From Yuukianura sp. NJ FZ-2021 (taxonomy: Eukaryota), in contig CM102286.1 in NCBI GenBank assembly GCA_046563655.1, forward strand, positions 13,640,001 to 13,704,000: a stretch of 64,000 nt of DNA. The letters are read 5' to 3'. Below the pieces are notes generated by a model that saw nothing but the letters and a program-made list of their open reading frames with translations, made no database searches and was not told the origin of the DNA. Shown in pieces: positions 38,001-47,800 of this stretch. How positions within the stretch are numbered: the stretch's first letter is position 1; each line of letters opens with the position of its first letter. The translations under genes and the position numbers were made by a program.

Positions 38001-41000
38001 TTTAAAAAGAGAAAGTACAAAACCGGATTAAAATTGGGTTAGGCTTAGTTTTAGGATTAATAAAGATTCTAACGACTCCTGCCCCAGTTTGAATATTTTA
38101 AAGAACAAAATTGAAATTTTTGACTTTCAAAGTTTTTTTTTGTGTTCCTTTTCTATTGTAATTTTGAAAATGAGAAATGGGCTGGACTTAAACGTCGTCT
38201 GGTGATGATGGAAAACTCATCGGATTTTGAAAGTTTTTGTTTAAAGGAAAGAAGGCGTTGATGAGGAGGCTTTCTCTCTTAAGAGTTTAAACAATAGAAG
38301 CTCGAATCCCTTCATTAGGAAATGGACCAAGACTTTCTGGATCTTCAAAATTGTGGATTGTGGAAGGGAGTTCCACATTTTGGATGGATTGTGGAGTGAA
38401 AGTGGAACAGTCAGGTTAGGTTACTAACGTAAATGTTAGGCTATGGAAGACTAAGAAAAGTCCTTTCATTCGCACCACTTCCATTCACCCATCCGTTCAA
38501 CCTCTTTTGTGTTAAGTGTGCCACTGCCAAAATGAAAGTGGAGAAAGTCCTGCCCACAGTCTTATGAAATATTGTTCCAGGATGAAAAGACAATCATTTC
38601 TGGAACAAAGTCCTAAGATGATGCACCGTCCTGGTGGCTGTCATCATCCGCCCCACCAACAAAACATGGTGGCTCTGCGGTGGCTCTTCTTTCAGATGGT
38701 GGCTCTTCTGCTTCTGCTGGAAGACAAGACCACGTCTGACGCTGTTCTTCGACCTGCTCGAGGCATGTTGACATCCAGAAAGAAAAACGAAGAGAAAGTC
38801 TAGAAAAAAAGTCTTTTCTGGCGGAAAAGCAAAATGAATCAACAGTGTGATGAGCTTTTTCTGGAAATGTGCAGAGCAAATTTTTAAAAAACTCAAAACC
38901 CAAAAGTTGCAAAAATTTTGCAGGGAAACTGAATCTTCAAAAACAAAGAAAAAATGCAATTTTGCTAGTCAAATTAGTTTTGTTAGTTTGATTTTTTGTC
39001 TGTTTCTGCGGTTTAGGAAAGCTGAAACCTTGTTTACGAACAGTTCAAAATTGGAAACAGAATCGTCAATAACAGTTTTTCCCGGTCTTTTTTTTTGAAA
39101 AATAGAAAATGAACGTGATAGGATCTGTTCTCTGAGGCTCATCTCCGATTACCCCTTTCCGCACCAGTTTTGTGAAATCGAATTCAATTCAATTCATCCG
39201 TCATTTCGAGCTGCTTTCTCCTCCCTTCCCCTTATAACCTAACAAGGATCCCTTCTCAACCTAACCAACCTAACGTTATATCCTAACCTTACTAAAGCAT
39301 CAATTTTTCCTTTCAGGTTCAAAAATTCCCTCGGCGAGAAAAAATTGTCACTAGGGTTCGAATTAATTCAACTTTCACTTTCTTCTTTCCCCTTCTGAAA
39401 CTCTGTCACTTTCTTGACTTGTGATTTTTCAACCTTCAGCTTCCTATAACTTTTGAAAGTTGGAACAAAACTTTAAAACTATTATTTCCTTGGCGCCATC
39501 ATAACTTTTGTTCAAATCAAACAAAGTTTAATGCTCATACTTTCACTTTTCGGGTTTCCTTTGACAGTTTTTGTTGAATATGAAACAGTTTCCTTTTAAC
39601 CTAAGCTGACATTTTGTTCATCTTGGTATTTGAGAGACACAGAGGAAGCGGGAAACAAGAAACTTTAAAGTTTTTGGAATTTTAAAACTCCCGGTACGGA
39701 AACCGGAATTTTGGAAACTTCAAGTTTTGTCTCTTCAAGTGCATAATTTTGGCGCTAAAAACTAGGACTGCTCCAAATTCGCTTAATTTTTTGGAATTCA
39801 TTTTGAAATTTTCGAACCTGTTATGGTGAGGTTGAGCCGTGTTTCACGACTGGGTGAGTTTCGGAAGTCGACTCGACACCGATACATTCCGCCATCCGAA
39901 ATGACAACGTCCTCGATAACTAATCTTGCTGGATCAGAAACAGTACGGAAATGGGCTCGTTTCCCAAAAGGAGCTTCCGCCGACCAATGCTTGGCACCAC
40001 TAAACGGCTTCCCTCGCACGTCCAAACTATAAAATTCAATAGGCAGAACAGTTTTCAATACGACTAGGCTAGTTTGCTACGACTACCCTAGTTTTAGACA
40101 CCGTGAGCAAGGTTGCTACTAGAAACCGTGCGTGAAATGGGTCAGATTTGGTGCGGGGTGTTAGAGTGACTAAAACACAGAAAGTATCGGATTTTCTGCA
40201 AAAAACAAAACCCGGGATTTCTCTGTTTTAGTATTTTTTCTAACGGCTCTCGAAATCTGAATTGTTCCATTTACATGATAAGCGAAAATTGTATTTGACG
40301 CTGAAATTTCACGTGCGATTTCACGTTATGTGAAGATTACAATCAAATCCTAAACTGCGGCGTTTCACTGGCTTTGTAGTGCTAACTTTTAGTTATCAGT
40401 ATTGATTTCGCTCAAAAATTTCAAATTTTTGCAATTTTGAATTTTCTGTTTTTTACCATGTTTGAGATTGTGAGGCCAAACTAAAAGCGTGAAAAAAAAC
40501 TGTGCAGCGTTTCGACTGTTCTTGAACCTTGTTTGAACTGTTTGTTCAAACAATTAAATTTATTTAGAAAATGGAATGCGTGTTTGAACACGACTGGCGG
40601 ATTCCGACGTTGAATGTGTTATTATCGTATGTCACTCGTTGTTTTTAGAATCGTGCACCGCTCCAATGTCAATATTGTTCTGCATGTACAGAAAACTGCA
40701 GAGCCACGCCCAGTTGTGCTTTTAAAAATAAAAGTTTAATGGCTCCTTTCATCTTCAACTTGTGTTTTTGAAATAAACGAGGGAAAGTGAGCTCAAACCA
40801 CATTAAATACGGCGGTGGTGATAAACTTTTAGGTGCACAAGATGCCAACTAGATTAAAAACTGAACTCAAAATGTCGTAAATAATCAACAACATGCGTTA
40901 CGTTTAATGTCGTCAACGATAAACCATTTTGCACCAATTTCCATCATTTTAGTTTACTACTTCACGCACTTGCACAACGAGAGCAGAATTTCTCGAAAAC

Positions 41001-43099
41001 TCTCTAAAAACTCCATCCGAATGGTCGAATTTTAGAAAGCGCTTTGAAAAAACATAAAAAATGGTGCTTTAGCTTTAAGTCTTTTTCCAAAATTTAAAAA
41101 ACTGAAAAAACTCGCGCTTTTTGCGCAACCTCAATAAAGAGTTTTTGCAAAAGGTGGAAATGACACGGTGGTCATCAATTTCCTTTTGGCTTTCGAGAAA
41201 GGAAGAAAAATGTGTGTCTAATATTGAGAATCTAACAGGAGAGAAAAAGCTAAGAGCTTACACGGAAAAAACGGAACCTAAAACGGCCTATTTTGAACAA
41301 AGTTTTTTCCTGTGCCCATTTTCTAGAAAGAGAAAAAGCGGGAAAAGATGGGGTTTGAAAAAAACGCGGGGAAAAACCGTGAGCGGAAGATTTGAACTTT
41401 TTAGAGCATAAGTTATGGGACGTAGAGAAGAAAAGGATCTGCCTTAGATTTTGGAATCAGAAAATATGGTCATCGACCTCTTCTCGGATGTCCAAAAGTC
41501 TACACGCATAGCTCCTCTACATCAAAATCTGTCACGAAATTTAAATTTCGATTTCAAAATTTCAAAAATTTATCGCCTTTTAAACTGTACCCAGAAAGTA
41601 TAATGTAAAAATGAGGGCAGAAAAAATTGTTCAAAAAAGAAGTCTGATACAACAATTTTTCCAAATTTTTTCTCCAGTTACAAAAATTTTGCTTTTCCTA
41701 CTTTAGTGTTTTGAGTTATGAAAAAAGTTTCTGAAAAAACATCGAATTTATGCTTATGCTAAGCATTTTGAGGTTTGAATTGAAAATTTTCTTTATACTT
41801 TTTTTTAAATTTTGAGAAAATGATACAGTGCGTGAGCATTAGGAAAGCGTTTTAGAAGGTGAAAAGAAGAATGAAGACATTTTGAAAATTTGAAGGCGGC
41901 AGATGCCGATTTGGATGTCGATTCTCATCTGGTATTGATCTCCAAATTAATGTTTTCTGGAATCGACACTCGAATCGACTCATCTAAAACTAGAAGGAGA
42001 GAAAAGAGCAGGAGAAAGTGAGATCGTTTGAAGCGTGGGAATAAAATCCTTGTTTTCTCCTTTGATCCGACCTTTCTCCTGACATTCTTTATTGCTTCAG
42101 CACTAGACTCTCTGGGAACTAGAATCCAGAGAAAAAAGTTTTAGTTGAAATCTGCTTGGCAGTGTGCTCATCAGCCATCAGCTGAACCACTTCCACTTTC
42201 CTAGGAAAGTTCTCACTTCGGCTGATGAGTTTCCACTTTCTGTTGCCGGTGAAAGTAAAGTGGATTCTATTTACTCCTCAAGTGTAAATGTTCTAATCAA
42301 ATACACATGGGTGTTCTCTCCTGAATTATTTTTTCAAAAGACAGGCCACACAAACACCATCACCACCTTGACAAGTTGCCAAACACGGTGAAAATTCACA
42401 GAAAACAGTGAAACGCCGCGAAATGACCGTCAAACCTTGGGTGCTGTGCAGCCTTGCGTCTTACGTAACAAAAAAAGTCCACAATTTAAAAAAAAACATG
42501 AAAATTGAAATAGAAAAACTGCGACGCGACGTGAAAAAATTTTGAACGTCAAAATGAGAACTTTCAGCGCTTTTACTTGATGAATCTCAACGCCATTTCA
42601 CTTTGACATGAACATTTAAAATTTAGCACAGAAGATTGAAGTTGCCGAGTGAAAGAAAAGAAACCAAAAGAAGTTTTTTGCCAAACGAGTGCAATTTGTT
42701 GTGCTAAATTTTAAATGTTTGAATTGAAAGGGTTTGACGGTTGAAACGAGTTGCGTTAGGGCATGTAAGGTGCTTGTTTTAGATTTCATAGTTTCCACTC
42801 CGTGCTCAATTTCTTCTAGAAGTGTGTCCCTGGACACCGTTTCTTTTCTATTGCTATTGTTACTCCCGCCACATTTCGTTTTTGTGTAAAAATTGTAAAA
42901 GTTAAATATTAATATTTAATTAGAGCCTGGAAACATTAAAGTGTCGTAGTAGATTACCTGTAGATTGGTAGACTCTCTTCTGCTCTAAACCAAAGGACCA
43001 TGTACACCGTGTCTTCTCTACTCCTTGGAGTAATTCCGCAAGGTAGCTCAACCCGCTTTCCCACCACTCCGTCCAGCGACAGCAGCGATTCCAGCCCTC
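22900..43099 (-). CDS. Gene B (signal-peptide exon not located): Sidestep-family/nephrin-like protein with 5 Ig + FN3 + TM + PDZ-binding-type tail; 13 exons
   Basis: complement join 43099-42958, 40026-39818, 37716-37606, 36018-35815, 34478-34327, 33524-33380, 30489-30359, 30126-29967, 29479-29153, 27027-26722, 25592-25293, 23778-23519, 23043-22900. Total 2591 nt, plus 1 nt from an upstream exon = 863 codons + stop, all phases compatible. Side-family motifs: VYMVLWF, IYSLDVRG, YRCRVDF, LRMGSSLNPNDIKEGDDVYFEC, ILSNQSLVLQKV, GFDGGLPQ, DPDLI, PESCV*. Confidence 0.95.
23519..23778 (-). CDS. Gene B exon: cytoplasmic region
   Basis: cttttag|TC AAA ACG GGG ... CTC AAC|gtaagt; phase 1 to phase 0. Confidence 0.88.
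25293..25592 (-). CDS. Gene B exon: transmembrane helix and DPDLI motif
   Basis: ttttag|CA AAA GCG ... AAA AAT G|gtgagc. Encodes IAIIIGAVSAFVVTFIALIAFLV followed by HRK. Confidence 0.92.
26064..26194. repeat. Degenerate foldback (nested inverted repeats)
   Basis: gtgaatg(26118)/cattcac(26129) stem lies inside ttgcgaaatc(26100)/gatttcgcaa(26144), with looser outer arms aaaaacacg / cgtgttttt. Confidence 0.55.
26722..27027 (-). CDS. Gene B exon: fibronectin type III domain
   Basis: ttttag|AC GTT CCA CAG TCA GTT GAA AAC TGC ... CAA TCG G|gtaaga. Encodes NCSISNRTSTSVEIICEGGFDGGLPQVFILE...YAVNRKGRS. Confidence 0.93.
27995..28375. mobile_element. Non-autonomous inverted-repeat element (MITE-like) hosting a nested insertion
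   Basis: tcatggacggaaacttgtggacg (27995-28017) matches the reverse complement of cgtccgtaagtttccgtccatga (28353-28375) at 21/23. Internal (a/g)tggacg sub-repeats are present. Confidence 0.7.
28095..28275. mobile_element. hAT-type MITE, 181 bp
   Basis: TIRs cagggttgccaaaaatattt / aaatatgtttgacatccctg. Flanks atgaggat (28087-28094) and atgatgat (28276-28283) form an 8-bp TSD with one mismatch. CAGGG termini and 8-bp TSD are hAT hallmarks. Confidence 0.7.
29153..29479 (-). CDS. Gene B exon: Ig domain 5
   Basis: ttgacag|AT TCT CCG ACT TGT ... CCA GCA G|gtaaac. Encodes ISCEMDGLPTSLKFHW...DFGHLLCWASNSIG...PCVYQLVPA. Confidence 0.93.
29599..29862. mobile_element. Intronic MITE family, copy 1, with subterminal inverted repeats
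   Basis: Colinear with 35400-35680. Internal IR attttctttaacaggctgggtac (29620) / gtattaccctacctgctaaagaaaat (ends 29847). Confidence 0.7.
29967..30126 (-). CDS. Gene B exon: Ig domain 4, second half
   Basis: tttcag|GGC GAA CTG ... ATC ATG T|gtaagt. Encodes GELLYHNRTGGVILSNQSLVLQKVTRPSGGNYTCKSANQQGIG. Confidence 0.93.
30359..30489 (-). CDS. Gene B exon: Ig domain 4, first half
   Basis: actgtag|AT GCT CCA ... CAT AAC|gtaagt. Encodes APVLSLRMGSSLNPNDIKEGDDVYFECLIKANPPVHKLSWFHN. Confidence 0.95.
33380..33524 (-). CDS. Gene B exon: Ig domain 3, second half
   Basis: ttatttgaag|GAT TCG AGA ... GTT GTC T|gtaagt. Encodes NMSVSRLMLVP...DGQVLTCRSENTLLPGSAIEDSWLLKV. The AAG acceptor is less common, so the 5' edge is slightly uncertain. 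Confidence 0.88.
33884..33975. repeat. Degenerate 26-27 bp minisatellite with ttctg(a/g)ttgg core
   Basis: atttctggttt / atttctgattgg / atttctggttgg / acttctgattgg recur at regular spacing. Confidence 0.55.
34327..34478 (-). CDS. Gene B exon: Ig domain 3, first half (absent from the ORF track)
   Basis: cttctag|TA CGT CCT CTG ... ACC GAG|gtaagt = RPLAVSILHRHTQLSTDTQYEVTCETWGSHPQPIITWWLDNKELTGGYTE. Confidence 0.93.
35400..35680. mobile_element. Intronic MITE family, copy 2
   Basis: Starts ta|caaggttccttgac and ends gtcagcaaacctt. Internal IR tctttaacaggtagtgtactacctc / gaggtattacccaacctgttaaaga. Colinear with 29599-29862. Confidence 0.72.
35815..36018 (-). CDS. Gene B exon: Ig domain 2, second half
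   Basis: attccag|GC TCT CCG ... CTC AAC T|gtaagc. Encodes SPSPMVHWY...LHLAHLVCRASNTLLIPPVSKTVIIELN. Confidence 0.93.
37606..37716 (-). CDS. Gene B exon: Ig domain 2, first half (absent from the ORF track)
   Basis: atttcag|TG CCT CCA ... CGA GGA G|gtaaac = VPPGEPVIFERTGLSLRGEIGPYREGSTLELTCIVRGG. Confidence 0.93.
38666..38762 (+). CDS. Candidate signal-peptide exon of an unidentified gene, antisense within a gene B intron
   Basis: caaaacATGG start context. Encodes MVALRWLFFQMVALLLLLEDKTTSDA-VLRPAR. Possible phase-1 GC donor AG|gcatgt. No downstream + strand exon found in the window. Confidence 0.3.
39818..40026 (-). CDS. Gene B exon: V-set Ig domain 1, second half
   Basis: ttttatag|T TTG GAC GTG ... 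ATA ACA G|gttcga. Encodes LDVRGKPFSGAKHWS...DGGMYRCRVDFRNSPSRETRLNLTI. Confidence 0.94.
42958..43099 (-). CDS. Gene B exon: V-set Ig domain 1, first half (a different frame from the listed ORF)
   Basis: ctttccag|GA GGG CTG ... ATC TAC AG|gtaatc = GLESLLSLDGVVGKRVELPCGITPRSREDTVYMVLWFRAEESLPIYS. Confidence 0.92.
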
Positions 43100-43368
43100 C
43101 TGGAAAGTTAGAAATCCAATTGAAATAATTCCCTTAGTACCCACTCCAGTTCCAGACTCACACGTGGGATTAATCGCTTGTTCCACAGACTCTATCCTCC
43201 GGAATACAAAATCAAGAACATCCATTTACGAGTGGAACATCCACACTTAAGCCCCCTCAGCACCAAAACCCAGTGGGGGATTCCAGGGATTCGGAATAAC
43301 AGAAGGGCTATTCGGAATAACAGTTTTTGAACCAAAAACAAACGCAAACCTAACCTGAAACAGAGCTG

Positions 43369-43600
43369 GCCATTCTTTCGAAAAGATTGTTCCGAATGCG
43401 AATTGTTTTGAAAAATAATTGTTCGGAAACACAAATTGTGTGGGGTTTAAAGCTTAGATTAAGTTGGATTACGCTGGTTTAGGATAGTTGGGCAATTTTA
43501 TGTTAAACTAAGCGCTAAGTTTAGGCATAAAAATGAGCGTTTCGAAACAATTGTTTTTCGGAATAATTCAGTTCGAAACATTTATATTCGAAGCAATGGC
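43369..43600. mobile_element. Foldback/MITE with about 62-bp imperfect inverted arms and a TTAG-rich core
   Basis: gccattctttcgaa...ttgttcggaaac (43369-43430) aligns to the reverse complement of gtttcgaaacaa...ttcgaagcaatggc (43539-43600). Arms are built of ttc(g/c)gaa sub-repeats. Confidence 0.7.
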
Positions 43601-44810
43601 ATGAGACCCCCAAAACATAGCGAAGCTTACCAAAACCAGATTCGACTTTAGTGAAAACGTAGTTCCTCAGGTGAAATTCGCGGAGACAGTTTTGGCAATT
43701 ACAAAGCTGTTGTTCTTTTAAAGTGAAAGCTAAATGCTAATGGAATTGCCCAAATTTCTGCTCAACGTATGCTCACATTACATTATTTAAAAAAAATTTG
43801 AAGAACTATGCTGTTTTGAGTCGTGTTTTCCATTTCCGTGAAAATTTTCTGACAAAATTTAAGATTCCATAAATGTATGGTATGTATTGCCCATTCCTAT
43901 AATTTTGTTTTCACTGTAATATAGTCCTTTTCTTTCATTAAGTCATTTTGGCTTCTCATGTATAGTTTTGGAAATGTGAACCATATTTTGTGCCAAAAAT
44001 GAAAGTTTAATTTTGTTTTCAAAATATAAAGAATGTGTTGTTTTTTGGAGTTAATTGACATGTGCCATCATGTGATATGTGTTTTTCTCTCCTTTTGAGA
44101 CGGATTTTCACGGGAAATTATGACAAGGAATAATGAGACTGGAAAAATTTGATTTTTCGTTGTCTTTTAAGTGACATGCGACACGAATGTTTTCCTTTCT
44201 TTTTAGAAGCTGTTAGTAACGACTTGTTTTAAACAAGGGAGAAAGTTGGAAAAGATGCACCAGTTTTGTAAGAGTAATGAACACAACATGGGAGCTCTGT
44301 TTGCATTAAAATCATCTCATCATATCCCAAACACGAACACTTTCCCTGCTCTACCCAACGCTACACTTTTACATCTTTTCCATTCTAAGTAATATGCTTC
44401 ACTGCAAAAGGAAAATGTACAGCACTGTTCAAAAGTTGGGAGCAAACAAAGGAAAAATAAAATTTCAGAAAGTGAAATATTCTATAACTATTGCTGAACA
44501 ACAGCAATGAACACATAAATTTTCACTTTCTCCGCTCAAGTTTTACAAATCTTGTCAAAATCATTTGATTTTGAAGATGTTTGTTGAAAATTCAATGATA
44601 ACTGCATGGAACAAAAACAACAACAAAATTTTTTAGGGAAAAGTAAATTTTGTTTTTGGTTTTAGGTTTTTTTTATAGCTTCTTACTAGATCAACGTGAT
44701 AATGGGAAAGAGTACAATCAAAAAAATTGAGAAACGTTTTTTCCGTTTTTGGTGAAATGAGCTCAGTTATACTTATAGCTGTTTCTTTTTGGCATTTTTT
44801 TTGCTCCAAA

Positions 44811-44830
44811 TTTTTTGAATCACCCTGTAC
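44811..44830 (-). mobile_element. Solo Tc1/mariner-like terminus
   Basis: Minus strand reads TA|CAGGGTGATTCAAAAAA, resembling mariner-type MITE ends. A similar tacagggtggttcaaaa lies at 33289. The partner end was not found. Confidence 0.35.
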
Positions 44831-47800
44831 ATTATGTTGCTGCTGTGGAGGGGGAAGCAATCTAGTGTAGATAGGAACCTAATAAAAAAGGAAACGGTAG
44901 TTTCAAGGTAAAATATGTCTTCAATTAATTAAAGTCCTTTTGCAATTTGAGCCAATAACATGCTCAAACCCAACAGCTCATCTCCCGCAACTGTGTGTGT
45001 ATCTACTAGTAAAGGGCCCCCAAGTACCCCCCTCCCCTTCCACCTTTTGCCCAAGTACCCTCCTCCCACCTCGCTTTCATTTTCTCCAATGTCTTCCACT
45101 TTCTGTAGGCTTTATAGAATAAAAATGGCTCGACTTTCTCTCCAAGTGCTTTCACAGCATGGGGCAAGCCTACCATTTTTGGCCCAACTTCTGACGCTCC
45201 AACTTTCACCAGAGCAAACTCTAGCTTCGCATTACATAAAAAACAAAGGAAAGGAGAGAGGCCATTAGGAACCTTAAGACGAGACAGAGTGAGAGTTCGT
45301 GTGCTGAGAACCTAAATAGATGAAAATAGGACCAACAATTTTTCTTTTTCCAACACTTAAATGCTTCCTTTTTTAAGTTTCTCTTCCTTTTCTGTATTTC
45401 TGTACATTAGGAACTATGCTAGCTGCTTAAACTTAAAAAATGGCGGGAGGATTTTGGAATTCCAAACCGTGGCCGGTTACGATTGAGCTCATTACTTTTT
45501 GGCACTGCCGTCTTCTCTTTTCTTTCTTTGTGGAAAAACCTTTTGAGAAAACGTAAACTCAAGAAAGCCAAGTTAGGCTAAGTTAGGCAGGTTAGGTTTT
45601 CCGCTACTTGACTTTCACACTTGAACTTTCTCTTTTCTGGGTCATGCTAGACTTTTTTGTTCTCCTGTGAAAACAAAGGACTTAACCACTTGAAGTAATT
45701 GCTTGAGAAAAAATTGGGGCACGTTGAGACAAAAAAAAATGAAAAGTTGAAAAACAAAACTTAGAAGAATTCCAAAACGTACAAAAATTCCAAGTTGAAC
45801 TTTCTTCCTAAAGTAAAAGAGACACTGCCGCTAGGGTTAAAAATTTCCGTTACTTTTACCTTATGTAGTTTGCTTGCGGTGGCGGAATGTTACGTTTGGG
45901 ACGAAAACTTGAGGTGACTAGATTTTTACCGAGTTCGTCCAGTTTCAGCCGGTTTTTGTCCATTTCAGCCGGTTTGCGGACGGAAAGTCCTTGTCTTTGT
46001 TTATGCCACTTTGAAAATTTGGTGAGTTAAGCTAATTGTCTCTGGGGTTTAACAGTGCCATAAACTCCTTGTTTATCCTTCCGGCAACAACAGTGTTACT
46101 CAGCAGGATATTACCCCTGGGGGGACATGTGCGGTTAGACCTAAGCATGCCAATTTCAAGACATAACTACTTCCCAGTATTTACATACTGATTAGCCAAG
46201 TATTCATTAACTAAATGACACTCCCTGTTACTCCTTCCAGTAACTTGGGTGAAAGTTGGCCAAAAGAGGCACGCAGAGTATTGATCAGGTCGTTTAATTT
46301 CCTAAAACCTTCTCCCGTTTTCTTCTCAAAGTCAGTTCGACAGCTGAGCGCCGCTGTTTTCAAAGTTTAACGACTGCTCAATTGGCTTTTCCCTTCCTTC
46401 CCACATCTTTTCTGCGCATGAGCACCATTAAGTGCGGTTACGCGTTCTTTTTTAGTTGGTTAAGTTTGATAAGGTGCTGACGACGACGGCAGAAGAGGAT
46501 TGGGGTCCATAAAATTGGCCACTTTGATGACTCCTTTTATTAGTGGCCAAATAGTAAAAAAGGCTTATGTTTTATGAAAGAACGCTTAACTTTTCGTCTA
46601 AAAAGGACTCAACTTTAAGTGGAAAAGCTTCTAACTTTCTCTTTTAAAAAAATAGTTACTCCCTCCACCTTCAGGAAAGACAGAAAGTCACCTAAAGTCT
46701 AATAGGAATTAAATCCTTAAGTGGGAAAACTAATATAAATGGATACCATAAATGGGCAAAACGTAGATGGTCATTTTCTGGACGGATAAAATGCCTCTGT
46801 TATGTGTCACAGAAAAAAGATTTGGGCCAAAATAGACTTTCTCCTGGTTAGGCTTTGTACTAGTGTTAGCTTTTCTAGTATACGTTATAGGCTTTTGGTT
46901 GGTTTAGTCTATCGGATAAAAATGTAGTAAAGTCTAATAGAAGTGATCAGTAGTGGCAAGTTGCCAGTGTCAGTAGCCTTACGACCTGAATCAAGAAGTA
47001 ATTTTCTCTGGCTTCATTTTCTTGAGGCACTTTTTTTACTACTAAAGCCTAACATACACATGCACTTGAGAAGTAAACGTAGTGGAAGAAGAATCTCAGT
47101 TAATCTAATGTTGTCACAGTCATTTTTATTTCCCATTTTCTGTTCCTCACTTTGGATTACTTCCTCTATGCCCAAAAGCCTATAATCTTATAGTCTATTC
47201 CAAAAACATCAAAAATTTATGAACAATTTACCATTTTGAATCAAGCAAAAATTTTATGGACATTACAATGAAATTGGGATTGAGAAATTGCATTGCTCAC
47301 ACAGCTTATTGAGCAATTTACTTTTCAAGGTCACCGCCATTTTATTTCAAACAAAGAGAAATCCCGCAAAAACGAATCAAAAATGAAGTAAATTATTATA
47401 AAATAATTTTTCTTCTTTTAATTTTACACTTTTTTTTAACCTGAAACAAAACTTTGAAAAACTTTCCACACAATTACCTAAAACCGGTGAGTTGTATAAG
47501 GTAAACAAAATAAATAAAAATTGGGAGGTATTAAATTTTGAAACACAAGAAAAATTGCGGTAAAATTTGACTGTTAAATCTTTTAAGAAGATTAGAATTT
47601 CTTTTTGTGTTTACAAATCCTTGATTTATGAGCAACTCCTATAGAACTCTTTTTGTATTTTAGAAATGAATGCTTCTACTCCTCCCTGTTTCTGCAATTT
47701 ATTTGAAATTGAAACAAACAAACCACAGCTTTTTTCTCATATAAAAAAATACACTTTTTGTGAATTTTATTTATTTGTGGCTTGTGGTAGAAAGGCGGTT

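Noticed and set aside
29140..40032. Plus-strand ORFs at 29140, 30344 and 39823 overlapping gene B exons
   Set aside because: They are antisense shadows of real minus-strand exons.
40027..40046. Intron end translates as LPIEFYS, echoing the previous exon's LPIYS
   Set aside because: The nucleotide match is poor and the sequence is simply the acceptor tract; likely coincidence.
22900..43099. Dscam-like arrays of mutually exclusive Ig exons in gene B's long introns
   Set aside because: I looked for duplicated exon variants and found exactly one exon per position.
43630..43706. Strong minus-strand donor TG|gtaagc upstream of gene B's first Ig exon
   Set aside because: The phase-1 frame has no ATG or hydrophobic segment before an in-frame stop.
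44824..44878. Phase-compatible micro-exon candidate VPIYTRLLPPPQQQHNVQG on -
   Set aside because: Its donor coincides with a mariner-like terminus (cagggtgattcaaaa) and is weak; it is not a signal peptide.
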